This document shows, one piece after another, positions 21,510 through 33,348 of a stretch of DNA of 64,000 bases. Positions within the stretch are counted from its first letter, which is position 1. Every line of letters starts with the position of its first letter. Source of the stretch: an uncultured Planctomycetota bacterium (lineage in GTDB: Bacteria > Planctomycetota > Planctomycetia > Isosphaerales > Isosphaeraceae); NCBI GenBank assembly GCA_963823665.1, contig CAWGMQ010000010.1:1216001-1280000 (forward strand), in the 5' to 3' direction. The position numbers and the translations under genes were made by a program. The notes beneath the pieces were generated by a model. The model made no database searches, had not been told where the DNA came from, and saw only the letters and a program-made list of their open reading frames with translations.

Positions 21510-22982
21510 TCACGCCAGTATCGCCTTCACAACTTTCGCCCCCGTTACTTTCGCATCCGTCGGCGTCTCTTCGATCCCGCGCTCCGTGAATTTAAGGCGA
21601 TTGTGGTCGAGCCCAAGTTGATCCAGCACCGTCGCGTGCAGGTCGGGAACGCTCACTGGTTGCTCGACCGCACGGTAGCCAAACTCGTCGCTGCCGCCGT
21701 GAATGTACCCCTTCTTGAATCCGCCACCCGCCAGGAACAGGCCGAATCCATTGCGATTGTGGTCGCGCCCGTTCGCGTTTTGAGTGACGGGCAGCCGGCC
21801 GAATTCGCCCGTCCAGATCACGATCGTCTCATCCAGAAGTCCACGCGATTTCAGGTCTTTGACGAGTGCCGCCGCCGGCTTGTCCGTCTGCCCGCAGATC
21901 GACTCCAGCTCGAATTTGAGGTTCTTGTGGCTGTCCCACGGCTGAAACGACGGTTTGAGCGGTGGAAAAACCTGCACGAACCGAACCCCGGCCTCCACCA
22001 GCCGCCGAGCCAGCAGGCAGCGCGCGCCGTAGTTGCTCGTCCGCTCGTCATCAAGTCCATAAAGCCTGAGCGTCGCCGGCGGCTCCTTGCCCAGATCAAG
22101 CAGCTCGCCCGCGGCCAGTTGCATCCTCGCCGCCAGCTCGTAGTTCCTGATTCGTGATTCGAGCTCTCCCTCGCGCGGGTGGTTCCTGGCGTGCTCGGCA
22201 TTCAAGCTCGCAAGCAGCTCGAGCTCGCGTGCCCTCGCCTCACTCGGCACCGGCCGCGCCGGGTTCAGATACCTCACCGCATTCCCGCGCGCGGAGACCT
22301 CCACCCCCTGGAACAGCGCGGGCAGCCAGCCGCTGGACCACACCAGCTTGCCGCTCGTGTTGTAACCGTCCGGATCGCGCAGCACCACATAAGCCGGCAA
22401 GTTCCCATTGAGCGTCCCCAGCCCGTAGCTGATCCACGACCCCAGCGCCGGCCGCCCCGGAAAGATCTTCCCGGTCTGCATCATGACTAATGCTTCTGTG
22501 TGGTTATTATGCCCTGTGAACATCGATCGAATCAGGCAAAGATCGTCGGCGATTGAGCCTAGGTGAGGCATCACTTCCGAGAGCTCCATCCCACATTCGC
22601 CATGACGCTCGAACCGGAACGGGCTCGCCATGAGCGTGTTGGAGTTCCCCTTCTGGAATGTCTCCACGCTCCCCGGAATCGGCTGCCCGTGTCTCTTCAA
22701 GAGCTCAGGCTTCGGATCGAAGAGATCCATCGGGCTCGGTCCGCCGTTCATCATGAGCTGGATGACCGACTTCGCCCGCGGCGCGAAGTGACCGGCCCGT
22801 GGCGCAAGGTCTGCTGGCTCCCTCCGATCGGCTCGAGCCGTCACGGATTCTCCCAGCAATGCCGCAAGCGCAAGCGTGCCGAACCCCAACCCGGATCGCT
22901 CGAGCATCTCGCGCCGAGACATCGGAATCGAATATGGATTCATCAGCCTGACCCTCTCGCCATCATCGGTCGCCTGACTCAC
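21510..22982 (-). CDS. DUF1501 family protein (Tat-like leader)
   Basis: SRREML, GGPSPMDLFDPKP, CLLARRLVEAGVRFVQV, WDSH, GEFGRLP, GRDHN. Confidence 0.92.
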   Translation of the reverse strand: MSQATDDGERVRLMNPYSIPMSRREMLERSGLGFGTLALAALLGESVTARADRREPADLAPRAGHFAPRAKSVIQLMMNGGPSPMDLFDPKPELLKRHGQPIPGSVETFQKGNSNTLMASPFRFERHGECGMELSEVMPHLGSIADDLCLIRSMFTGHNNHTEALVMMQTGKIFPGRPALGSWISYGLGTLNGNLPAYVVLRDPDGYNTSGKLVWSSGWLPALFQGVEVSARGNAVRYLNPARPVPSEARARELELLASLNAEHARNHPREGELESRIRNYELAARMQLAAGELLDLGKEPPATLRLYGLDDERTSNYGARCLLARRLVEAGVRFVQVFPPLKPSFQPWDSHKNLKFELESICGQTDKPAAALVKDLKSRGLLDETIVIWTGEFGRLPVTQNANGRDHNRNGFGLFLAGGGFKKGYIHGGSDEFGYRAVEQPVSVPDLHATVLDQLGLDHNRLKFTERGIEETPTDAKVTGAKVVKAILA

Positions 22983-25696
22983 TCAATATAGAGAAATTCG
23001 TTTGTGCATAGAAGCATGTGGCACACCCCTGCCAGCGCGAGCGCATCCGCCTGCTCGCGCGTCGCCGGCTCCACGCGATACACCGCCGCCTGCCGCTGAA
23101 GCGAATCGATGCACGTTCGAAACTCCGAAGGCGAGGGCGGCCGCGCCAGTGCCACCAGGAACGCCCGCGCCACCCAGGCCGCTTGATCGCCGCGCGGCCC
23201 TGCATCGGACCGCACTCGCTCGGCGAGCTTCACGGCATGGTCCTGCACGAACTCGCTGTTGAGCGCCGCCAGCGACTGCAAGGGCGTCGCCGTGGTTGGC
23301 CGTCGCGTGCAGTTGAGTGCCATGATCGGGAAGTCAAACACGTCGAGCAGGCCAACCGGATAGTTTCGCCTGGCGAAAAGATAAAGGCTTCGCCGCAGGG
23401 CCGCCGCCGGGTTCTCGGCCGATACAAGCACCAGCCCGTCGGCCCGAGAGACCAGACGCGTTGGCGGCCCGCCCATCGTGTGCTTGAGCTCCCCGCTCAC
23501 CGCCAGCACAGAGTCTCGCATCGCTTCCGCCTCGAGCCTGCGCAAAGGCATGCGGAAGAGAAGCTCATTCGCCGGATCGACGGTCTCCCCTCGCGACGGC
23601 GCATCCGCTCGGAATCGCCCCGACGACTGGCGATACACCGCCGAGGTCATGATCAACCGGTGAAGACGTTTAAGCATCCACCCATGTTCCACCAGATCAA
23701 CAGCCAGCCAGTCGAGCAGCTCAGGATGCGAGGGCGGCGCGCCCTTGAGCCCGAAGTTGTCGGACGTGGCCACGATCCCCACGCCGAAGTGATGCTGCCA
23801 GATGCGATTGACTACGACCCGGGCCGAAAGCGGATGGTCGCGCGCAGTAAGCCACCGCGCCAGCGCCAGCCGCCGTCCGGTCGAGCCGCCGCTCGTGTCA
23901 CTCGGCCGCGCTAGTGCATTCCGCCCGGGCTGGCACAGGAAAGCGGGAAACCCGGGTGCAACACTTGCAAGCGGTGCCGCCCAGTCGCCGCGACGCAAGA
24001 TATAGGTCGTCGAAGGCGTGCCGCCGTCTTCCCACACCGCGGGAAATGATCCGCTCGATCGTTTCTGCGCCATCAGATCGGCCGACTGCTCCTGAACGTT
24101 CTTCAGGATGGCCTTCTCTGCGGCCGTGAGCGCCTGGTCCACCTCCGCCTCATTGACGCTTACCAGCGGTCCGAGCTTGTCGGCAAGGTAGTTTTGAACC
24201 TCGTTTCGCTTCTCCTTCGCCATCGATAGCGCCCCGCGAAGGTCGGCACGAATCGCCTCCGGCAGCGCAGCGTAACGCCTCGAGCTCACACGCGCTTCGG
24301 CCGCCCCGCGACCGCCACGCCCGCTTTTCGCACCTCTTCGATCCGCCCCTCGATCGCCGCGTTGTGTTGGGCGATCGCCTTGACCGCACCAGGCGGAACG
24401 TCCGGAAGACATCGCTCCGCCGGCAGTTTCCACCGGCCGGGGTCATACACCGGTGTGAAGCACGCGAGCAGCCGGTAGTAGTCTTCCTGCGTCACCGGGT
24501 CGTACTTGTGATTGTGGCAGCGAGCGCACTGGAACGTCAGCCCCAGCAAGTTGCTCGCGACCGATTCCGTCACCCGCCCCACGATCTCGTTCCGCTCGAG
24601 CGCCCGGTTCAGCTCGGCCTCGTTGGTGTCGTCGGGAACCGAGCGCAGATAGCCGGTCGCAACCAGCTTTTCGAGCGTCGCCGGCTTGTAGCTCGCCTCG
24701 TTCCGCCAGTCGACGGCCTCGTCGCCGGCAAGCTGCTCCGTGATGAATTGATCGAACGGCTTGTCCGCATTGAGCGACCGGACCACGTAATCCCGGTACT
24801 TCCAGATATCCTTGTTCTCCTTGATCGTTCCCAGATCGTTGTCGCCCCCGTGCGTGTCGGCATACCCGGCCCCGTCCAGCCAGTGCCGCCCCCAGCGCTC
24901 GCCGTAGGCAGGCGAGGCAAGCAACCCGTCGATCAGCCGTTCATAAGCATCTGGGCCTCGATCGGCAAGGAAACGCTCGATCTCCTCCGGCGTCGGGGGT
25001 AGCCCCAGGAGGTCAAAAGTCGCGCGCCGGATCAGCTTCCGTTTCTCCGCTTCCGGAGATAGCGCAAGACCCTTCGCCTCCAACCGCGCCACGATGAACG
25101 CATCGACAACCGTGCGTATCATCGTCGCGCTCTTGACCGCCGGTAAAGCCGATTTCACCGGCGGTCGAAATGCCCAGTGCAGGGGAGCCACCGCCGCCGC
25201 CGCTTCGCTCCCGGCCAGGTCACTCGGAGCCCCCGCGTCGATCCACCGAGCCACGAGCGCGATCTGAACGGCGCTCAGCTTGGCCGCCTTGCCGGGCGGC
25301 ATCACATGCTTCGAGATCTGCTCATAAAGGAGGCTCTTGCTCGATGCCCCGCGCTCGATCGCCGGCCCGCTCACCCCGCCCTTGGCCATCGTTGACGGAC
25401 TGCGCAGGTCCAGGTCAGCCTTCCGCGTCGCCTGCCCGTGGCACTTCAGGCAGTGCTCCGACAGAATCGGCTGAATCTCCCGCTTGAAGCTCGGGGCAGG
25501 GGCCTCGCGGCCCGCCCGCAGCTCATCGTCGGCGCGCCGCCACGATGGCACTCAGAAGTACAAGAGCGAAGCACGACGTACCGGCGGGGAAGGATGGCCG
25601 ACAACGCATTGGTTCCGATCCAGGGAGGAGGGATCGAATCGGGCCGAGTGCGCGACCTCGCGTTCCGGCAATGAGCCGGACGACACTGCCTCTCAT
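22979..25696 (-). CDS. Planctomycete cytochrome c / DUF1549 (PSCyt2) / DUF1553 (PSD1) protein; frameshifts near 25535 and 24290
   Basis: CLKCH, HWAF, YGERWGRHWLD, CARCHNHKYDP, RVVVNRIWQHHFG, PSHPELLDWLA, TPLQSL. Confidence 0.9.
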
Positions 25697-25806
25697 CGTA
25701 GTGTTACAATACTTGTTTAACAAGTGCTTTGCTCGTGGTGTTTGCTCGTGGCGGCGAAAAGGTTGACGTGTTTCCGTCACCGCCCGTATTCAAAAAGATG
25801 TGTTCC

Positions 25807-25827
25807 GTAGGGTGGGTGAAACCCACC
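25807..25827. repeat. GTAG-REP-like hairpin (GTAG-GGTGGGT-GAA-ACCCACC)
   Basis: Perfect 7-bp stem preceded by GTAG. Confidence 0.6.
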
Positions 25828-25924
25828 ATGACCCAGGCATACGTCAGACTTCGGCACCTGATGGCCCTGGTCGTGTACTTGCCGATCCCACTCGCCTGCC
25901 CCTTACCTCCGCTGCGAAGTTAAC

Positions 25925-27369
25925 TCACGCCACCAATTCCTTCACAACCTTCCCATGCACATCCGTCAGCCGGAAATCCCTCCCCGCATGATGAAACGTC
26001 AACCGCTCATGGTCGAAGCCTAAGAGATGCAGGATGGTCGCTTGCAGGTCGTGCACGTGCACCGGATTGGTCGCGACGTGGAATCCCAGATCATCGGTGG
26101 CACCATACGTGATCCCCGGCTTGATGCCCCCGCCCGCCATCCACATCGTGAACGCCTGGGGATGATGGTCGCGGCCCAGGCTGCGCCCCAGTGCCCGGTT
26201 GCTCTCCACCATCGGCGTCCGCCCGAACTCGCCTCCCCAGATCACCAGCGTATCCTCGAGCAGCCCGCGCCGTTTGAGGTCTTTGATCAGCGCGGCCGAG
26301 GCTTGATCGGTCGCCGCGCAGTTCGTCTTGTGGTTCCCGGTCAAGTCGGTGTGGGCGTCCCACCCTTCATGATAAATGTTCACGAACCGCACCCCTCGCT
26401 CGATCAGCCGCCGGGCCAGCAGGCAGGCGCGGGCAAACGATGGCTTGTCGGGGTCGGCGCCGTAAAGCGCCAGCGTCTCCTTGCCTTCGCTGCGCAAATC
26501 CATCACCTCTGGCGCTGAGGTCTGCAATCGAAACGCCATTTCATAAGCGGCAATCCTCGTCGCAATCTCCGGGTCTCCAACCGCTTGAAGCTGCCGCCGG
26601 TTGAGCGTTCCCACCAGATCAAGCGAATCTCGCTCCAGCCGCATATCCACGCCCGGCGGGCTCGAGATATTCAGGATCGGATCCCCCTGGTTTCGCAGTC
26701 GCACGCCCGTATACACCGTCGGCAGGAACCCGCTCGACCAGTTCGCCGCCCCCCCGCTGATGCCGCTCCCCGTCGACATCACCACAAACGCCGGCAAGTC
26801 CTGCGACTCGCACCCCAGCCCGTAAAGCACCCAGCTCCCCAGGCTCGGCCGGCCCGGCTGCGAAAAGCCCGTGTTCAAGAAAATCTGCGCCGGTGCGTGA
26901 TTGAACTGATCCGTGCGCGTCGATTTCACGATGCAAATGTCGTCGACGACCGTCGCCAGATGGGGCAGCATCTCCGAGAGCGACGCTCCGCATTGCCCGT
27001 GCCGCGCAAATTTGAACCGAGGCCCAAGCACCGCCGCATCCGGCCGGATGAACGCATAACGCTGCCCCCCGATCACCGACGGCGGCAGCGGCTGCCCTTC
27101 AAGCCGCGCCAGATCCGGCTTGTAGTCGAAGAGGTCAAGGTGGCTCGGCGCTCCCGCCATGAAGAGATGAATCACCCGTTTCGCCCTGGGCGCAAAATGC
27201 GGTTGGCGAGGCGCCAGTGGATTCTCCGCCTCACCCTCAGCAGCATAGCCCTCGCGCGCAACCATCCCGCCCAGCAGCGCCCCAGCGCAATCTTCCCCAC
27301 GCCCACGCCGCACTCTTCAAAGAAGTGCCGCCGGGTAATCCTCAAAGAATCATTCATAAACTGTCTCAT
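25925..27369 (-). CDS. DUF1501 family protein; frameshift near 27285
   Basis: TRRHFF leader, AGAPSHLDLFDYKP, FNHAPAQ, WDAH, GGEFGRTP, GRDHH. Confidence 0.92.
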
Positions 27370-27387
27370 GCCCTTAAGCGACATCCG

Positions 27388-30300
27388 CTACCCCTTCGTG
27401 ACAGCCTCATCCAGATTCAAGATCGCTCTCGCCAGTAACGTCCACGCCGCCCGCTCGATCGCCTCGGCCCCACCAGTCCCGGCAATCTTGCCCGCATCCA
27501 GCTCCTTCCGCTCGAGCCGCTCCCGCTGATTCTCAAGAAAATGGACAAGCACCGATACTTCATCTCGTTCCGGCGCACGCGAAAGGCACAGCCGGTACAG
27601 CCGTCCGATCCTCGCCTCCACCGTTCCTTTCGTCTGCGCCATCAGTGCCCCCAGCGCCTGGCTCCCCTCCACAAACGCGGGGTCATTCAGCAGCGTGAGC
27701 GCCTGCAGCGGCGAGTTCGACATCTCCCGCCGCGCCACGCAGACCTCGCCGGTGGGCCCGTCGAAAGTCACTGCCATCGCAAACGGCGCCGTTCGTTTCG
27801 TGAACGTATAAAGTCCCCGCCGATACCGGTCGCCCCCGGGGCTCGGCTTCCAGTCCAGCCCGCCATACGCCCCCTCGGTCGAAACACCCGGCGGCTGCGG
27901 CGGGAAAACACTCGGCCCGCCAATCCGCTCGCAAAGCAGCCCGCTCGCCCTGAGCACCGAGTCTCGGATCATCTCCGCCTCCGCCCGCACGCGCGGCCCT
28001 CGCGCCAGCAGCCGGTTCTCCGGGTCCTTCGCCAGCAGTTCGGGCGAAACCCGCGAAGTCTGCCGGTACGTCGCGCTCGTCACGATCGCGCGATGCATCG
28101 CCTTCATCGACCATCCCTGCTCGACCAGGGAAGTCGCCAGGTAGTCGAGCAGCTCCGGATGCGTAGGCCGTTCGCCCTGATAGCCGAAATCCTCCACTGT
28201 GCGCACGATCCCCCTGCCGAAGAACGCCGCCCACTGATAATTCATCACGACTCGTCCGGTGAGCGGGTTCGACCCTGAAACAAGCCAGCGCGCCAGTCCC
28301 AGCCGGTTGCGCGGCAGGTCCAACGGAATCCCCGGCAGCATCGAGAACGCCCCCGGCTCGACCCGTTCGCCTGGCTGCAAGAACTCGCCCCGGTTATGAA
28401 TAAACGTCGGCCGCGGATTCTCCGCCGGCCGCTCCGCCATCACCAGCGTGATCGGGTCCTCCGGAATCCCGCTCGCCTCCCTCGCAATCGCCTCCCGTGC
28501 CTTGGCCAGCTCCGGCGCAACACTCAAGAAATAATCTCGCAGCCGATCCACGTCTTCAGGCTTCCGCTTTCCGTGCTCGGTCAGCAGGATCGGCTCGAGC
28601 TCGAACGGAATCTCCCGCGCCGCGACTGCTCGTTGATCCGTCGTCGCCGAAATGCGGAAACGCCCAAGCCCTGCCGCGTAGTACCGCTCGAAAATCATCT
28701 CCACGGTGAGGGTGCCGGCGTCTTCGATCGGTGCCGCAAGCCGGAACACCGCCGAATTCTCGCGCCCTTGTCCGCCATTGATCGACCACCCTGTCTGCGG
28801 GTCGCCGTCGATCGCCGCGGCCGCATCTTTCTGTGCCTTCGGGTTGCTCGCTGTTGCCTCCGTGATCGGAACGAGCTTCCCGTTGGCAGACAGCCGGATC
28901 TCGCTCAGGTAGAAATCACCGAAGGCCCCCTCGTAATAAACTCGCCCCGGCCCCCGGCTCGGCAGCCGGTCGTCCGGCAGCGCCTCGAGGCGGATCGCCC
29001 TGATCCCCTTGATTCCCGACTCGAGCTGCACGGTATAGACATCGCGCTTGCTCTGGTCGCCGCTGGCAAACACCGAGCCGTCCGGCTCGACCGCAAGCCG
29101 CGGCACGTTCGCGGTCGCCTTCCTGGGCGTGAGCCTCACCCAGCGCGCAGTTTGCGATTCCGCACCTTTCAGCCAATCGCGAAATCGCTGTTCCAGATTC
29201 GCTCGCCGGCGGTCGGCCTCACTCGCGGCATTTCCGGCATTCGCCGCATTCGCGCCATGGCTTTTCTCATCAATCGGGAATTGATTCGCCAGGTCGGCCT
29301 TCATCGCGGCCACGCGGTCCTCGATCGCTCGCCGCCGCTCGGTGTGCCCGGGCGAGGGCACCGTCATCTTGGGTTCGTCCGCGTTGTTGAGCAGCCCCAT
29401 GAACTGGTAATACTCCCGGTGCGGAATCGGGTCGAACTTGTGCGTGTGGCACTGCGCGCAGCCCACCGTCAAGCCCAGCCACACCGTCCCCGTCGTGGCG
29501 ACCCGGTCGGTCATGGCGTAGAACCGGAACTCGAGTGGATCAATTCCGCCTTCTTCATTCAGCATCGTGTTTCGATGAAACCCAGTGGCCACCCGCTGCG
29601 AGACGCCGGCACCCGGCAGCATGTCCCCCGCAAGCTGCTCGATCGTGAACCGGTCGAACGGCAGATTGGCGTTGATCGCGTTGATCACCCAGTCGCGATA
29701 CGGCCAGATCGATCGCGGGCGGTCTTTTTCATATCCATTGGTGTCGGCATATCGCGCCAGATCGAGCCATCGCCTCCCCCAGCGCTCGCCGTAATGAGGC
29801 GAGGCGAGCAGCCGGTCGACCTGCCTTTCATAAGCATCAGCAGCTCGATCAGTTAAAAACGCGTCGATCTCTTCCGGTGTCGGCGGCAGCCCGATCAAAT
29901 CCAGCGACACCCGCCGCAGCAAGGTCGCGCGCTCCGCCTCGGCCGAAGGCTTCAATCCTTCCCGTTCGAGCCGCGCCAGAATGAATTCGTCAATCGCGTT
30001 GCGCACCCACAAGGAATCGCGCACCTTGGGAATATCAGGCTTGACCAGCTTCCGGAACGACCAGTGCACGTCGTACTTGGCCCCCTGGGCGACCCATTCC
30101 CTGAGTGTGGCCCGCTCCTTCTCCGAGAGCGTGGAGTTCGCCGCCCGCGGCGGCATTCGCTCCTCGGCGTCCTGGCTGAAAACCCGCCGCACCAGCTCAC
30201 TTTCCTCGGGTTTGCCCGGCACGATCGGTGGTTCGCCCGAGCTCGCCGGCTTCTTCGCTGCCTCTTCCTGGTCCAGCCGCAGCTTCGCCTTCCGACCTTT

Positions 30301-30504
30301 CTCGTCCGGCCCATGACACTTGAAACAGTGCCGCGCCAGGATTGGCCGCACCTCGTCATTGAAATCAACCGTGGGACGGCCCACGGGCTTGTGCTCTTGC
30401 CCCGCAGCGCCCGATGTCAGCCCCAACAGTCCGAGGCACGAACCCAGCAAGAACCAAGCAAAAGTCTGATTCACGGAATTCGCCTGCAAGGGGTGGGATC
30501 TCAA
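27388..30504 (-). CDS. Planctomycete cytochrome c / DUF1549 / DUF1553 protein with discoidin-like insert
   Basis: 1038 aa; CFKCHGPD, YGERWGRRWLD, CAQCHTHKFDP, AIDGDPQTGW, PLQALTLLND. Confidence 0.92.
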   Translation of the reverse strand: MRSHPLQANSVNQTFAWFLLGSCLGLLGLTSGAAGQEHKPVGRPTVDFNDEVRPILARHCFKCHGPDEKGRKAKLRLDQEEAAKKPASSGEPPIVPGKPEESELVRRVFSQDAEERMPPRAANSTLSEKERATLREWVAQGAKYDVHWSFRKLVKPDIPKVRDSLWVRNAIDEFILARLEREGLKPSAEAERATLLRRVSLDLIGLPPTPEEIDAFLTDRAADAYERQVDRLLASPHYGERWGRRWLDLARYADTNGYEKDRPRSIWPYRDWVINAINANLPFDRFTIEQLAGDMLPGAGVSQRVATGFHRNTMLNEEGGIDPLEFRFYAMTDRVATTGTVWLGLTVGCAQCHTHKFDPIPHREYYQFMGLLNNADEPKMTVPSPGHTERRRAIEDRVAAMKADLANQFPIDEKSHGANAANAGNAASEADRRRANLEQRFRDWLKGAESQTARWVRLTPRKATANVPRLAVEPDGSVFASGDQSKRDVYTVQLESGIKGIRAIRLEALPDDRLPSRGPGRVYYEGAFGDFYLSEIRLSANGKLVPITEATASNPKAQKDAAAAIDGDPQTGWSINGGQGRENSAVFRLAAPIEDAGTLTVEMIFERYYAAGLGRFRISATTDQRAVAAREIPFELEPILLTEHGKRKPEDVDRLRDYFLSVAPELAKAREAIAREASGIPEDPITLVMAERPAENPRPTFIHNRGEFLQPGERVEPGAFSMLPGIPLDLPRNRLGLARWLVSGSNPLTGRVVMNYQWAAFFGRGIVRTVEDFGYQGERPTHPELLDYLATSLVEQGWSMKAMHRAIVTSATYRQTSRVSPELLAKDPENRLLARGPRVRAEAEMIRDSVLRASGLLCERIGGPSVFPPQPPGVSTEGAYGGLDWKPSPGGDRYRRGLYTFTKRTAPFAMAVTFDGPTGEVCVARREMSNSPLQALTLLNDPAFVEGSQALGALMAQTKGTVEARIGRLYRLCLSRAPERDEVSVLVHFLENQRERLERKELDAGKIAGTGGAEAIERAAWTLLARAILNLDEAVTKG

Positions 30505-30615
30505 GGTGGGAAGCAGCCTCAGCCCGCCAGGTGACGGTAGAGTCAGTCTGACTCTGAATTATACAAAACCAAGCACGGCTATGCACGCAACCTGGATTAG
30601 CCATCTCGCCAGCGA

Positions 30616-30739
30616 GCGTCACCCGCCAGTGATCCGCTCGAAGCACCGCGCTCCAGCGAAAGCCCGCAGCCGAACTTTCCCCCCCTTGCAAAGGGGGGCC
30701 AGGGGGGGTGAAGGGCGTCACCCGCCAGTGATCCGCTCG
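30616..30739. repeat. 25-bp direct repeats (GCGTCACCCGCCAGTGATCCGCTCG) flanking a CCCCCCTT-AAGGGGGG REP-like hairpin
   Basis: Repeats at 30616-30640 and 30715-30739, related copy at 38444-38464; hairpin 30675-30710 recurs at 49790-49824. Confidence 0.8.
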
Positions 30740-30763
30740 CCGCGCACCAGCCCCCACATTCGC

Positions 30764-32774
30764 TCACGGCCCCCGCACGTCCTGCGGCGCCATCCCTTCC
30801 CCCGCCGCCCCACCCGCATCGGCCCCAGCGTTCATTCCCCCGGCACCCAACCTCGCCAATCGCTCCCGCGCCTCCTTCTCCGCACGTTGACGAATCCACT
30901 CCCGCCGCCTGATTTCCTTCCACGCGTCCCGTCGCTCGTAGTCCGTCAAGGCACGTGCAACCGGCTGTGTTGTCGAACCTCCACTTCCACCCGCCTCCGC
31001 ACCCCCCACCGGAATTGGCTTCGTTTGCAAAATTGGCTTCGTTTGACAATCGTCAAGTCCCGAAACACCGCCGGAATTCGTCGGAACTTCAATAATATCT
31101 TGATGTTGTGCTATGCACGCGTCATCACAAAAATTGGCTTCGTTCGGCGCTTTTTCACCGATTTGACTCTCGTCGCCGCCTGCGGCAACCTCTTCTTCCC
31201 GCCCTCGATCAGCAGCTTCCGCCAGTTGCTCTTGAGTGACTTCGCTCGCACCTCCCGCATTCAGTTCGATGTCGCACCGCTCGGCTTCCTCCAATTCTGC
31301 ACCCACCGTTTTCGAGTTCGGTACTTCATCCTCCAGGGCAGCCCCAGGCGCCGACTCGCCGTCGCCGTCGCCCGCAGCGCCAACGTACTTCTCAGGAAGA
31401 TACCCACCACACGCCAGAACGTCCGATTCCTCGACCACAACCGACTCCCACCCGCGCCCCTTCTCATTCGAAGTAGCAGGCACACTCCGTGTGCCGTCCG
31501 CCTGAGGCTCACGGCCAATCTCAACCGCCGCGCCCGAACCACTACCCGCGAGTGGCCCGCCGCTCCCACAGTCACCCGAATCCGCCTCCCCATCCGCGTG
31601 TTGGGCGCGGGTCTCCTGGCCCCGCCCTCCCCGCGACCGCAGGTCTCCCTTCTTCCCACCCCCCACACTCTCCGCCCACCAAGCCGCCGGCCGCCCATCA
31701 TATGGGCTGATAACATCTTTCCCAGGCACCGGCGGCAATCCCTGCGCATCGCTATCCGCCTTCCGCGCCCGTACCTCCTGCCGAATTACCTTGCCCCCTC
31801 GCTCCACCGACCCCTTGGCGCGCGAACCATCGCCGCATCGCCTCAGCTTCCTTGGTATAAACAAATCCCTTGCGTCGCCTCGTCCGCGCAGGTTCATCCT
31901 TGATATGGGTGTCATGTTCCGCCGCAATGGCCCACACCCGCTCGATCTCGCCCTCCACCAGCTCGATCAGGCTCTGCCTGGCCTTCTCCTTTTCACCGCG
32001 CTGCGATAGGTCAGGCCACAACGCCACGACCGCCTTCACGTGGGCCTCGAGCATCAGCTCGTTCATATCGCTGAGCAGATCGTCAAACGGTTTGCCCATC
32101 GGCCGAAGCGCGTGGCTGGCGGCGAAAACCTCAGCGACCCGCCGGTCTGCGGGGCCGTCCACAGGATTCCGCCCCAGCAACCGTAGCATCATCAGCCGAT
32201 CGCCGGAGGACCAAAAACGTTTGCGAGCCCGTTCCAGCAGTTCCTCAAGAACCTCAAGGATCCAGTAGCACCCCATCGCGCTCGATTCCAGTTTGCGCAT
32301 GAGTTCGTCGGGCTTGATCGCCGGCGCAGTTTCGCTACCCCATGACGGCCCCCCTGGTTTCTTGTTGTTATAGCGACGGGTGCCGAACAGCGCAACCGGC
32401 ACGCCTCGCGAATCGGTGAACAGCAGGTCGCCCGTTTCGCGCACCTCTTTGATCTCGTCGTCCTCGGCGTTGTCGATCTGGCTTTGAGTGAGTTCCAGAT
32501 AAGCGCCCCTCACCCGATCCATGTCCGACGCCAGGAACAGGTTGGCATTCAATAGAAACTCCTCGGGGTCACTCTCCACCCCATAATGCGCGGACCAGCG
32601 AAAGTATCGCGCTTCATACGCGATGCTTTCCTCCCGCGCGAGCTTCTCCCGCTCCGATCGCATACCGTGCTTCCGACTATTGCGAGCGCTCTTCGCCCGG
32701 GATTCCGGACTTTTAGGCCCGGTCGAGCGCAACGCATTGCGCCGATTCGCATTGATTTGTGCGTCAGAGGCCAT
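30764..32774 (-). CDS. Uncharacterised 'MASDAQINANRRNA...STGPKS...KHG' family protein with long low-complexity tail; frameshift near 31820
   Basis: ORF 31752-32774 joins ORF 30764-31927 at RRWFAR/AKGSVER; the N-terminal motif is one I recall as multicopy in Planctomycetes and Acidobacteria and it resembles the STGP...KHG part of HGGxSTG proteins. Confidence 0.75.
31013..31150 (-). repeat. AACGAASCCAAT-bounded module, copy 3 (intragenic)
   Basis: Reverse complement of 31132-31150 is GCGCCGAACGAAGCCAATT, 18/19 identical to 1719-1737; GGGACTTGAC at 31061-31052; two further motifs at 31045-31031 and 31027-31013. Confidence 0.75.
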
Positions 32775-33348
32775 ATCAGTATAAATTCCTATTCAAATGA
32801 GCTTGGAAGCCTGGCCCGAAGTCCCGCGACCTCGAGAATTTCATAAGTTGATGTGAACGGAACTAATCGGATCCAGAGACGTGGGTGCCCATCGCGCCGA
32901 CACCAGTGTCGGCAATCGACTTTGAGCTACAGATATTATGCGACGGGTTTCCCAAATTTGGTCATTTCGTCGACCAGAAAACCTGGAATTTTTTTCACGT
33001 CGCAACGCATGCAACGACCAATTCGATCGAACCTGCGAATTTGCGCGCGACGCGGCCAGAAAACGGGAAAAAACACCCGGCGCGATTCCCGCATCCACGT
33101 CGCCCGTTCAGTCCGTGAGCCTCTTGTCTCGAGCGCAGCTCGGCGGAGCCTCGCACTTCCGAAATCGCGAAATGCCGATTCGCCGTTGGCATCGTGAGAC
33201 AGGAATGCTCGAGGCACTGCATTGTCCGTACCGGCTCCTTCTGCGATCATCCAGAGTTAATCTGTGCCCACCGATCGCGCGCGTCCAGTGCATTCGAGAT
33301 CGTTGCGCCAGGGCTCGTTGAAAACACGGATTGACCGAGGTCATCGTC

